From the sequence record NC_041974.1: DNA of 64,000 bases; one strand, written 5' to 3'. Position numbers and translations under genes: made by a program. The stretch's first letter is position 1; the number at the start of each line of letters is the position of its first letter. The notes below the pieces were generated by a model. That model had not been told where the DNA came from. It saw only the letters and a program-made list of their open reading frames with translations, and ran no database searches. Below are positions 27,742 through 36,522 of this stretch, one piece after another.

Positions 27742-28452
27742 GTGATGACCCCTACCAAACAAATTAAACGCAGCTACCGTCTGATCAAAGTGACTGCCGA
27801 TGTAACACGGGATAACTGGGTCGGGAAAGACATCGACTTCATTGTTCAGCCCAATAAAGACATGATCGATGACACCACACGTGGTGGACCTAATCGCCTG
27901 CTCGCGACATACATCGTGCTGGGTAACCGTATTCCTGTAACCGTTAACAGCCATGCGACCATTACCCGGGAAGAAGGCTTGCAGGATCTGCAGGTTAGTA
28001 TCGTCGATGGTCAGTCAAACTACATTGACATCAGTAATGTGCGTTACGTTGTGTCGTGTGAGTTAGAAGAGCACTTCACCTACGCCCCACCAAAAAAGCG
28101 TTCGCTACTTGATCTTCTTGATCTCCTGGTTGGCGGGCCGATGGGTGACCCGGAGTGGATGTTCATTATTGATGAACAGCACAAGGTCTTTGTGGGTAAA
28201 GACGGCGATGTTAAAACGGACTATGTTTACTGTGGTTATCTGGTACAACAGGAAAGTGATCAGCCTGACCAATTACTAACGTTGGATTGGTTTGGTGTAT
28301 TTGATGACAACTTTGGTAACGGGCACAAAATCGGTTTTGTCAGCGCCGAAGGTTACTTATTTGACAAACCCGAGACCCGGAAGAAAACCTACGAAAAACT
28401 CACCGAGTTAGTTTACTTACTGCTGGCCAAAATTGAACCTGACTCCAAATAG
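27742..28452 (+). CDS. Hypothetical protein
   Basis: SD AAGGA; 236 aa. Confidence 0.75.
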   Translation: MMTPTKQIKRSYRLIKVTADVTRDNWVGKDIDFIVQPNKDMIDDTTRGGPNRLLATYIVLGNRIPVTVNSHATITREEGLQDLQVSIVDGQSNYIDISNVRYVVSCELEEHFTYAPPKKRSLLDLLDLLVGGPMGDPEWMFIIDEQHKVFVGKDGDVKTDYVYCGYLVQQESDQPDQLLTLDWFGVFDDNFGNGHKIGFVSAEGYLFDKPETRKKTYEKLTELVYLLLAKIEPDSK

Positions 28453-28475
28453 CTAGTTGCACAGATCTAAACTAC

Positions 28476-28509
28476 AGGCAGGGGGAATACTCTCTGCCTT
28501 TATTTTTTG
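28476..28509 (+). terminator. Intrinsic terminator
   Basis: AGGCAGGGG...CTCTCTGCCT plus T tract. Confidence 0.8.
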
Positions 28510-28582
28510 TGGTATTCTGCCACAGAAAACTACTGGCCATACTACCAGTGGTATTCACTCAATAGACTGCGAGGAATAAACG

Positions 28583-29140
28583 ATGTTTGATAAAATTGAA
28601 GGATTGGCTGATGTGATCGAGCTGAAGTACGGCTTGCTTGATATCACCTATCACCGTGGTAACGACAAAGACCTCTATGTCGATGTCTTTTATAAAGCCA
28701 CCCGCTTGTCAAGCCGGCGTGATCTAACCGATGCCCTGGACTACGCTTATATCGGTGTGCGGTTGTGTAACCCTCAGTTCGGTGCCTGGTGTTATGGTGC
28801 TGAGCGTGAGTTGGTCATGTCGCATTTAATGGACGCATTGAGAATGGTGGGTAAGCCTGCACCCAGGGCGGTTGAAGACTCACGGTTAAAGACAGGGATT
28901 CATCGTACCATTCAGCTGCTTGCCGAGAACGGTAACCTGCATCCGAAAGAAGATGATATCCGCATCACGATCCATCGTGCGGCGCGAGTGGACTACGGTT
29001 CAACAGATACCATCGAAACAACCATCAGCATGACCAACCACGATATTACTATTAGTAAGCGACGGATTGAGTGTGTTAGTGGTGAGATGCGGGATTTACA
29101 AGCATGGGCGCGTAAGTTATATGCGAGACACTTTGAATAA
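28583..29140 (+). CDS. Hypothetical protein
   Basis: SD GAGGA. Confidence 0.75.
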   Translation: MFDKIEGLADVIELKYGLLDITYHRGNDKDLYVDVFYKATRLSSRRDLTDALDYAYIGVRLCNPQFGAWCYGAERELVMSHLMDALRMVGKPAPRAVEDSRLKTGIHRTIQLLAENGNLHPKEDDIRITIHRAARVDYGSTDTIETTISMTNHDITISKRRIECVSGEMRDLQAWARKLYARHFE

Positions 29141-29150
29141 CGAGGTAGCT

Positions 29151-29552
29151 ATGGGTAGTGCGTACTGTAAGGTTGTGGCAATCCACAGCATCTATGTACA
29201 CAGTGCAGCGATGGAAGCGGTATCCGCTAAATACAGGAGCTGTTTTCGTTTGGCGTATAACTTCGTGAATGCTACGCAGTTAGCCCAACAGCTACGGCTT
29301 GCCGTGAAGAACAGCGAAATCCTGATTGTTGATACCAGCGACTTTACTCGCCGGGCACTTAACAATCTTAATGAGCAGTTCTACTGCATCTATCCGGGTG
29401 AGGAACAACATTCCGATATGTCAATCAAGCATCAGCGTAACTGTCGCATGACGCCTGACTGTATTCATATCGAAATTCAAAACCTCAGCGACTTTGAGCG
29501 CTTAAACTGGGAAATTCGACCCGATGCAGGGTTAAGGATATCACGCCGTTAG
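29151..29552 (+). CDS. Hypothetical protein
   Basis: SD GAGGT before ATG 29151 (preferred to GTG 29067). Confidence 0.7.
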   Translation: MGSAYCKVVAIHSIYVHSAAMEAVSAKYRSCFRLAYNFVNATQLAQQLRLAVKNSEILIVDTSDFTRRALNNLNEQFYCIYPGEEQHSDMSIKHQRNCRMTPDCIHIEIQNLSDFERLNWEIRPDAGLRISRR

Positions 29553-29554
29553 AA

Positions 29555-29610
29555 CGGCATATAGGCCCTCCATTACGGAGGGCCTTTTATGACATCTTTT
29601 TTTTTTGGTT
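29555..29610. terminator. Bidirectional terminator at convergent junction
   Basis: CGGCATAT-AGGCCCTCC...GGAGGGCCT-TTTATGAC plus T run. Confidence 0.8.
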
Positions 29611-29617
29611 TACAGCG

Positions 29618-29995
29618 TTATACCAGGCGCTGAGTTAGCTGCGAACTATATTGAATAGCGTGATAGGTCGCAGGTTTCTCAAGCTGCTCGGTGCAGCGGT
29701 AGACCGGGGTCTTCATAAAAGGACAACCGGCATTCATTAATGCCTCACGGTTGCTGGGCGACTCATCCACGCGAATCACCACATCCGTGGACTGGAAGCC
29801 AAAGACTTCCCGCTTCGTTGCAGTATATTCTGCATCCAGCACCACGATCTTACGGTTGATCACCAGCTTCACGGCCACCGGGTATTTGATTACCAGGTCT
29901 GACCCTAAGCCCGCCAAGACAAACTTAATGACAAACTTCTTAAGTCCATTTAGCAACTGACTCTCACTGGCCCAACTTTTAACAATCTGCAGCAT
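29618..29995 (-). CDS. Hypothetical protein
   Basis: Likely start MLQIV (ATG 29995) with GAGTGGA upstream and a TTATATG motif. Confidence 0.55.
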   Translation of the reverse strand: MLQIVKSWASESQLLNGLKKFVIKFVLAGLGSDLVIKYPVAVKLVINRKIVVLDAEYTATKREVFGFQSTDVVIRVDESPSNREALMNAGCPFMKTPVYRCTEQLEKPATYHAIQYSSQLTQRLV

Positions 29996-30070
29996 GTGTG
30001 TATTTCCACTCATATAAGGGGAAGTTAAGAAAAGCAACCTGAGGGTCCGTCCGTGATCCCTCATAATGTA

Positions 30071-30542
30071 TTACTTCATACCGTCCAACTGCTTTTGAAG
30101 TTCCTTTAACTGACGGCTTGCATCCGGCGTCTCGGCGTCATGGTCTCTGATCGCTTCAATAAACGACTTCCGTTTGCAATAAGGATACTTCATCCATTTA
30201 TCAAATGACAAACCAAATTTGCCCAAGATATCCGCACGCAGATATTCGAGCTCATACTTTCGATACCCAACTAACGCCAGCGAGTCTTCCTGCTCGACCT
30301 GTAAGATTAACGAGAGCGGCGAGGTTTCCACGTTATGGTCAATAATCCCAAACGTGTCATCGTAAAGCTCTGTTAATCGAATTAGTGGATACTCCCAGTT
30401 CTCGGTAAGAAACGTGGGGTTTTCTAACGCGACATCCCAGGCATCGGACCGATCACTTTCGGACAGACCGAAATCCCAATGGATTAGATGTCGGCTTGAT
30501 CGAACGTCTGATTCAGTGTATTCGTCATTAGGGTAAAAAAAA
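30071..30542 (-). CDS. Downstream ORF in the -1 frame of the gp77-type gene (probable frameshift extension; tail-chaperone GT/E'-like)
   Basis: Frame is open through the last 48 nt of the upstream gene; no ATG for about 115 codons after the T8 run; terminator-like hairpin follows at 30040-30062. Confidence 0.65.
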
Positions 30543-32112
30543 CCCGTGCTACGTTCAGCGGGGTGTACGCAGGGAAGGTATTGCTCACCAGCGGCTGACG
30601 CGCCTGGCAGTTCGGGCATTTCCAACGCGGCACCGCAACCACACCGACCGTTACCCGGTTGATGAACTTGTTCAGCTCTTCAAAGAACGGTTTACGCATA
30701 TCCGGGGTTGCACTGAATTGCTTCAGCAGTAATGCCACGTCATCGGCCGACTCAACATAGTTGCCGTCGTTGAACTCGATCTTGGTCACCCAGTGGGCGT
30801 AACCGCGCATGGAGGACAGCGCTGCCTGTTTGTTGATGTGCTGCTCACGCTGCTCACGCGTCATGCTGTCGTTGAAGCTGTCGGTGATCGCTTGTTGAAT
30901 ACCGTTGATCCAGGCATAACCCGCTGCATTCTTATCTTCGAGTGATGGCACCCGCAGATAGAACTTCACATCTTTCACAGTGATGACATTGTCTTTCATC
31001 ACTTCAAAGCCGGTCTGGTAGGCAATGACCTGCTCGACGGTACGGCCGCTGAAGTGAGACATGTGCGCACGCTGGGTTGGTGACAGACGATTGTTGTCAA
31101 TGATCGACAGACGAGAGACGTTAACTTTCGCTGCTTCAACATGCACACACTTCTTCGGATCGGCGGCACAGGCAGTGACCATGTGGTAGCCAGACTTAAA
31201 GCGTGCGCCCAGGTAGGCGTTAGCGATCAGATCAAGATCCTGCTCTTTGATTAACGGCAGCAGGGTTTTCTTATCGGAGACACCGATGCTGCTGTCAGTA
31301 ACCATACCCAGCAGGAAGTCGGTCATGTGCTTACGTACCACGACATCCAGGTTGTTAAACACCAGACCGTTGGTACGACGACCGAGGATCGCTTTCTCAG
31401 CCATGATGGCAGTTTGCATATCCACAAACTCATCATCGCCGGCAATCAGCAACGTAACCCAGATACCGGAATGTGGCAGCGGCAGATGGACATAGTCACC
31501 CATGTTCATTACACCACGTGCCCGCATCACCGCCTGTGGACCGGTCAGTAGTTTAGTGCCTTCGGTACTGCGCTTCACTGGCGGACGAGAGACACCCTGC
31601 ACTTTGTTGTTGTCGAGCAGAACACCCTGCAGCCACTGTGCGCCATCTTGACGAATGGTCAGGTTCAGACCAGAACGGTACGACAGGTTGGTGATGGCGT
31701 TACTGGCCAGGGATAGCCAGATCATCGCTTTATCAGCACCGTACAGACTGACGATCTCTTTTAAGATCTTCTTGTCTTCGGTGTTGGTGTCGATCTCATT
31801 GATCAGCGCCGTCGCTGCATCGTAATCCTGATGCATAATAGACAGCACACCTTCCGTGCCGACATCCTCCATGGAATTCAGCTTTTCAATGATCGGGTTC
31901 TGATAGAGCGGATCGAATGCCTGCTCAACGGCTTCAGCTTCGGGTGCTTCGGCATCGCCCTGCTGACCGGCTTCTGCTGGCTCGAGATCGGTGCCAATAG
32001 TGCCAGTAGCCACCGGGGTAGCAGGACGGCCTGGATCAACTTCAGGGATACCAGAGTGGTTTTCTTCAACAGGCTCTTGCTGTGACAGAATGGATGGGTT
32101 ATCACCGGACAT
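30484..32112 (-). CDS. phiKZ gp77-type core protein; candidate tail/baseplate-hub assembly chaperone
   Basis: 542 aa; acidic disordered N-terminus; C-terminal WKCPNCQ knuckle followed by ARVFF, reminiscent by eye of T4 gp26-type chaperones. Confidence 0.6.
   Translation of the reverse strand: MSGDNPSILSQQEPVEENHSGIPEVDPGRPATPVATGTIGTDLEPAEAGQQGDAEAPEAEAVEQAFDPLYQNPIIEKLNSMEDVGTEGVLSIMHQDYDAATALINEIDTNTEDKKILKEIVSLYGADKAMIWLSLASNAITNLSYRSGLNLTIRQDGAQWLQGVLLDNNKVQGVSRPPVKRSTEGTKLLTGPQAVMRARGVMNMGDYVHLPLPHSGIWVTLLIAGDDEFVDMQTAIMAEKAILGRRTNGLVFNNLDVVVRKHMTDFLLGMVTDSSIGVSDKKTLLPLIKEQDLDLIANAYLGARFKSGYHMVTACAADPKKCVHVEAAKVNVSRLSIIDNNRLSPTQRAHMSHFSGRTVEQVIAYQTGFEVMKDNVITVKDVKFYLRVPSLEDKNAAGYAWINGIQQAITDSFNDSMTREQREQHINKQAALSSMRGYAHWVTKIEFNDGNYVESADDVALLLKQFSATPDMRKPFFEELNKFINRVTVGVVAVPRWKCPNCQARQPLVSNTFPAYTPLNVARVFFTLMTNTLNQTFDQADI
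30535..30542 (-). other. Candidate -1 ribosomal frameshift slippery site (GTT TTT TTT; U UUU UUU)
   Basis: A8 on the + strand. Reads CGG GTT TTT TTT ACC in the gp77 frame and GGT TTT TTT TAC in the downstream frame. Confidence 0.7.
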
Positions 32113-32129
32113 TATGCTTATCCTTACCT

Positions 32130-32597
32130 TTACTTTTTAGTGGGGTCGACCTGAACCGGGTCATTGAGTTTGCTTGCTGCGCCAGCGGCAACCGCGTTAG
32201 CATGGGCGCTGTCTGACATGGTCAGAATGGCAGCACCGTGACGCTGCATCGCATCCAGCAATTTACTTTGCAGGACGATGTATTGTTCGTGCACACTGAG
32301 GAAGTCAGCGATGGTGCTGTCATGCAAGGCATAACCGGTTTTGCCTTGATGCTGCTGCTTGATCATCGGCAGGGTTTCATCGATCTCTTTGACTACAGCC
32401 AGCGCCGCTTCGATGTGCGAGCTTAACGCAGAGGGGTTTGGCTGAAAGCGAATGATGTTGGTGTTGACGGCCATGAGACAAGTATTGCTCAGCTCATTGC
32501 GCAAATTAATCGTATAAGTTGCCGCAGAATCCAGGTACTCCCAGAACTGATCGGGCTGATGGACCTCTGGTGCGAGAGGCGGTTCATTGGTTGACAT
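32130..32597 (-). CDS. Conserved phiKZ-like protein (gp78 type)
   Basis: SD AAGGA; same operon as the gp77-type gene. Confidence 0.65.
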   Translation of the reverse strand: MSTNEPPLAPEVHQPDQFWEYLDSAATYTINLRNELSNTCLMAVNTNIIRFQPNPSALSSHIEAALAVVKEIDETLPMIKQQHQGKTGYALHDSTIADFLSVHEQYIVLQSKLLDAMQRHGAAILTMSDSAHANAVAAGAASKLNDPVQVDPTKK

Positions 32598-32689
32598 AAC
32601 GGGTCCTTGAGGTGATTTATCTTGTGGCTTACATATATTGACACTACTAATGTCAACAATTACAACGTTTATACGGAAAAGGCACGGTC

Positions 32690-33601
32690 ATGAGTGATTT
32701 TACTGACTTAACGAAATTGAAGACCGAATTACCACAAAACATCCAAAAGATTGATGAGCAGGATGATGTGGGTGACTTCAGCGATCTTAACGACTACCTC
32801 ATGACCATCATTCCGGATGAACGGCGTGAGCGCTTGATCGCGATCTGTCAAAACCTGAGCACCCTGCAGTATCATCAAGTCCAGCCCGATGTGGATCGGT
32901 TACTGATGATGGCCAACGACGGTGAAGCGCCGTCGGTACTCGATGACCTGACCCGGTTGTTATTTGAACACGCTTATGACTTAACGAAAAACATGGGCTT
33001 TAACTGGGCTGATGAGATTGAGTTTGATCAATTATTCCTGCTCGGTGATGTAATCGAAGGCGCCATGTTGATTGATGGCATGGAAGACTACGGCGACCTC
33101 TCAGCGATCCTGGATGGTGATGACTCAGTTGAAGAGAAGGTGGTGGATATCTGGGGCCTGGTGCTCGACAAAGACATGCACCATCTCTTTGAACAGATCC
33201 AGTCCATTGAACCGGCAGTGATCAGCGGGATCAAACAAGTCACGACCCGCCCGTATGCCGAAGACGATTATGCGGATGTCCAGCGTCCACTTGAGTTCGT
33301 GGTTGAGCGGTTGGTGAAAGTTCGTGAGATGATGAAGACCGATGGCATTGCTTACCAGCATGTGGCCAAGGGTGGAGCATTAGGCGTTGAGCTCGATTCA
33401 CTGATTACGCTCTACACCCCTGAGCTGAATGCCGTGACCGATCCGATCGAACTGACCGACCTGCTGGTTGCCTTTACCCTGATCAGCAACACCCCAGATG
33501 GTTTGGTGAAATCCACCGCATCCCGGCTGGCAGAAAAATGGATTGATGATATCGAAGTCATCAATGTGGTAGGTAAACATATCGACAGGTATCCCGTGTG
33601 A
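32690..33601 (+). CDS. Conserved phiKZ-like acidic protein (gp79 type)
   Basis: 303 aa, immediately upstream of and coupled (GTGA) to the vRNAP subunit gene. Confidence 0.7.
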   Translation: MSDFTDLTKLKTELPQNIQKIDEQDDVGDFSDLNDYLMTIIPDERRERLIAICQNLSTLQYHQVQPDVDRLLMMANDGEAPSVLDDLTRLLFEHAYDLTKNMGFNWADEIEFDQLFLLGDVIEGAMLIDGMEDYGDLSAILDGDDSVEEKVVDIWGLVLDKDMHHLFEQIQSIEPAVISGIKQVTTRPYAEDDYADVQRPLEFVVERLVKVREMMKTDGIAYQHVAKGGALGVELDSLITLYTPELNAVTDPIELTDLLVAFTLISNTPDGLVKSTASRLAEKWIDDIEVINVVGKHIDRYPV

Positions 33602-34908
33602 ATATTCGCGACTATTTAATCATGGCCTTTCGGGCAGGGGCTTACAAGCAACGCCAGTGGGTGTTGAGTGTCATGAGTATCACCCAGACCCCGGATGGTA
33701 AATCCGTAGCAGACAGTATGATCCCGTATCAGGCACACCGCATCAACATCGGCGCGACCCTCGATTGGGCTTACTGGGACGACTTCAACAAAACCTTTGT
33801 GCCGATTGAGGGAGTGGATGTTAACTTCCCGTTGTTTCGACCCGAGGATCAATACACACTACAACCTGGGGATTTTGCCAATGTCACTGAAGAAGTTACT
33901 ACTACTTTCGGCCGTATTCTGGCTAACCATTATTATTTTATCGATGTGGTCGGTGAACGTGTCCCATTTCAGAACGTAGAATTCAACCGTGGGATGTTGG
34001 AGAAGATCTACAAGGCCCGGGTATTAGAAGATGCCCAGGACTTGCGGCGCTCTGATCCGTTCTACCTGACCGTCGATGAATTCAAACGCTCCGTGGATAA
34101 TGGCTTTGCCTTGGGTGGGTTGTCGAAACTCTGTGTACCGACTGCTTGTCCGGAAACCATGTATCCGCCGAAGTTCATCATCGAGATGCGTGACCGTCTG
34201 TTTGAAGAGCACAAGGATGAGCTCAACAACCCGGTGGTCATGGGGCGTATTCAGGATGAGCTGTTAAAGCATTATCGTGAGTTCCTGATGTCCACCCCGT
34301 CAGCCAAGTTCTTTGTGATCAAGAAGACCATCGACCAGGCCTTCAACAACATGTTCCTGACCGGCGGTATTGCCGGGGCTTTTGGCGGTAACACGGTTAT
34401 TACCAACTCGCTGTACGAAGGCTGGAACCTGAAGAACTTCCCGGCGTTAGTGAATGGCTCTATCGAAGCTTCCTTTGACCGCGGTGCGGCTACAGCCGAC
34501 GGTGGTGAGAAAGTGAAGATGTTGATCCGTGCCACGCAGAACATCCGTATCACCGATGATGATTGCGGGACCCAGCTCGGGGTGCCGTGGGTGATTGAAG
34601 ATGCCGGCAAGGCACGCTTCATTAACTCTTACATACTGGATAAAGGTGTGACGATTCTGTTAACCCCGGAGAACATTGATAAGTTCGTCGGTAAGCCGGT
34701 CATGACCCGATCACCCAGCTTCTGTAAGAAATCCCATGGCGACTCCTGTAAGTTCTGCGTCGGGGCACATAACGCCACCAACCCACGCGGGATGTCTTCT
34801 GGCACCTCGAAGATCGGTTCTACCCTGATGTTGCTCAGTATGAAGGCAATGCACAAGGGGTCAAAAATAGACTTAATTGAATATAATCTCGATGAAGTCT
34901 TCAATTGA
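33598..34908 (+). CDS. rpoC: Virion RNAP beta' middle subunit (phiKZ gp80 type)
   Basis: Bridge-helix-like SFDRGAATADGGEKVKML, ITDDDCGT, Zn-site C..C..C (SFCKKSHGDSCKFCVG), trigger-loop LLSMKAMH. Confidence 0.85.
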   Translation: MNIRDYLIMAFRAGAYKQRQWVLSVMSITQTPDGKSVADSMIPYQAHRINIGATLDWAYWDDFNKTFVPIEGVDVNFPLFRPEDQYTLQPGDFANVTEEVTTTFGRILANHYYFIDVVGERVPFQNVEFNRGMLEKIYKARVLEDAQDLRRSDPFYLTVDEFKRSVDNGFALGGLSKLCVPTACPETMYPPKFIIEMRDRLFEEHKDELNNPVVMGRIQDELLKHYREFLMSTPSAKFFVIKKTIDQAFNNMFLTGGIAGAFGGNTVITNSLYEGWNLKNFPALVNGSIEASFDRGAATADGGEKVKMLIRATQNIRITDDDCGTQLGVPWVIEDAGKARFINSYILDKGVTILLTPENIDKFVGKPVMTRSPSFCKKSHGDSCKFCVGAHNATNPRGMSSGTSKIGSTLMLLSMKAMHKGSKIDLIEYNLDEVFN

Positions 34909-34917
34909 GGATATCTG

Positions 34918-34931
34918 AAACCTACATTATA
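34918..34931 (+). promoter_or_regulatory. Putative early promoter core heading the accessory island
   Basis: AAACCTACATTATA matches 10844 and 15985. Confidence 0.55.
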
Positions 34932-34962
34932 AGAGGGAGATATCTTTTATAAGGAACGTATC

Positions 34963-35679
34963 ATGTATGGTTTATTAATCCTCGCCTTGCCTCTGTCACC
35001 GTACGTCCACATGAGTGCGATGACTGAGGAACAATTCCAGAAACGCCTCCCGCAATTCATCAAAGACCTGGAAGCCGACATCTTCCCCAACGTCTGTTTC
35101 CAGGGTGCCTTTAACGTCAGCAACACCCGCACGGTCACTCAGCTGTTCATTCCGTGTAACGGCTTGGTGTCAGCACGGGAACTGGCGTATGAACAGATCC
35201 GTAATATTCTTGCTAACCCAGAGAAAGAAGTCCAGCACGTCACCAACATCGGTGATTGGTTAGGTCGTCCGGGTAAGGTGATGTTTGATAATGCGGATGG
35301 GTCTGTGGATGAGGTCGTTGTGACCGACATGTACAAATATCTGGTACACGAGAGAAGAGAGCGTTCTGTCTTTCGGTTCAGTCCGGTTGATCTCAGTATC
35401 ACCGATACCGAACCATTACCAACTCACCTCTACCCGCGTGATCATTTCTACGACCAGGTCTACATCGACAAAGACGGTGAGCGTGCTTTCCTGTCTTACG
35501 GGTCGTGCGGTGAGGAAGGCTGTGCCATAGAGCCGGGCGAAGAGAAGCCCGTGCAAGTGTACGGCGTTACCTACTCGTCACTGGATGAAGCGGCCCGATG
35601 CTATAACCTGCCTGAGCAGTACGTGAAAGAACGCGTTGAATCTGACAGCCTTGAATGGCTGGAGTGGTCATATTTGTAA
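34963..35679 (+). CDS. Homing-endonuclease-derived protein A (NUMOD4/HNH/NUMOD1-like remnants)
   Basis: QGAFNVSNTRTV (NUMOD4-like), VTNIGDWL, C-terminal KPVQVYGVTYSSLDEAAR. Paralog of 39225-40007. Confidence 0.5.
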   Translation: MYGLLILALPLSPYVHMSAMTEEQFQKRLPQFIKDLEADIFPNVCFQGAFNVSNTRTVTQLFIPCNGLVSARELAYEQIRNILANPEKEVQHVTNIGDWLGRPGKVMFDNADGSVDEVVVTDMYKYLVHERRERSVFRFSPVDLSITDTEPLPTHLYPRDHFYDQVYIDKDGERAFLSYGSCGEEGCAIEPGEEKPVQVYGVTYSSLDEAARCYNLPEQYVKERVESDSLEWLEWSYL

Positions 35680-35807
35680 AAGTATTTGGGGATGAGACGC
35701 AGAGCTGATTCCCATCTACGGTAAGTTGTTCAAGGAAGCAGCAAACCGGTTATAAAAAATGAAAGGGTTTTCGTAAGATAGTCAGTGCTCCGTACCCGAG
35801 ACAATAC

Positions 35808-36005
35808 ATGACCACAAACCCGCAGTTTATTTTCGTGGCTCAGAATTCTGATGCTACACACAGCGTAGAGAAACTGGAAGTAGGACGCGATACCGATACC
35901 CAGAAGAACCTCACGGAACTTCGTAAAGGTTTGCCGTTCGACTTCTCGTTTATCATGTCTGAAGAGGCGATCTATCAACTTCGACAGGCAGGGCACATCA
36001 ACTAA
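35808..36005 (+). CDS. Small T5orf172/GIY-YIG-like remnant
   Basis: FIFVAQN...LEVGRDTDTQKNLTELRKGLPF resembles YVY...IKIGxSxxPxxRLxxLxTGxPF without the Tyr/Arg residues. Confidence 0.4.
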   Translation: MTTNPQFIFVAQNSDATHSVEKLEVGRDTDTQKNLTELRKGLPFDFSFIMSEEAIYQLRQAGHIN

Positions 36006-36020
36006 ACTGCTGAGGTAGTC

Positions 36021-36473
36021 ATGACGAACAAATCGGAGATCTCACACGGTGGTGGTGATCAGCCTATGGAAAAAGAGCAAAGCAACTTATCCGTACTGGT
36101 GAACTACTCCACAGGTGTGATGGAAGGTGACCGTTTTAATTACTCGGTTGCATTGGCGCTGTTGAAAGACGGCATCAAAGTGAAACGCGAAGACTGGAAG
36201 AACGCTTTCCTGGTATTCGTCCCGGGTAGTCAGAATGTTGAACTGCCAAAAGGGTCGCCGTATGAAGTCGCACTCCACGGTAAGAAGTCCGTTGCCAATA
36301 TTCGTCCGCACATCGATCTGTACACGGAGTACGGTGAATTCGAAGTCGGTTGGACCGCCAACCAGGAAGACACCAACGCCGATGACTGGATGATTGTCTT
36401 AGACAAGAACACCAATCAAGACGACAGTGCCGACGAAGAGAAAGAGTCTTCACAAGACGACTCGAAGTCATAA
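36021..36473 (+). CDS. tad2: DUF2829 / Tad2-like anti-defence signal-sponge protein
   Basis: FNYSVALALLKDGIKVKREDW...FLVFVPGS...RPHIDLYT...VGWTANQEDTNADDWMIV follows the DUF2829 pattern (FxxALxxLKxGxKVxRxxW...PHID...WxxSQxDxLAxDW). SD GAGGT. Confidence 0.75.
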   Translation: MTNKSEISHGGGDQPMEKEQSNLSVLVNYSTGVMEGDRFNYSVALALLKDGIKVKREDWKNAFLVFVPGSQNVELPKGSPYEVALHGKKSVANIRPHIDLYTEYGEFEVGWTANQEDTNADDWMIVLDKNTNQDDSADEEKESSQDDSKS

Positions 36474-36479
36474 ACTCCA

Positions 36480-36506
36480 GGAGAGCTTCGGCTCTCCTTT
36501 TATGCC
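36480..36506 (+). terminator. Hairpin GGAGAGC-ttcg-GCTCTCC + TTTTATGCCC
   Basis: 7-bp stem with UUCG loop. Confidence 0.8.
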
Positions 36507-36522
36507 CATTAAGGAACATGTC

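Noticed and set aside
28514-28552. ACAGAAAACTACTGGCCATACTACCAGTGGTA as a fourth copy of the 37-bp promoter repeat
   Set aside because: Needs a gap and lacks the CCTATAT core. May be a degenerate promoter but is not supportable.
30543-30625. N-terminal 28 aa of the ORF-track call 30071..30625 (TTG/ATG start)
   Set aside because: Overlaps the conserved CxxC region of the upstream gene in another frame and has only a weak SD. Better explained as the pre-slip -1 frame, though independent initiation at ATG 30619 is not excluded.
35680-35807. Possible structured ncRNA in the 128-nt gap
   Set aside because: Only one imperfect hairpin and no recognisable RNA family signature.
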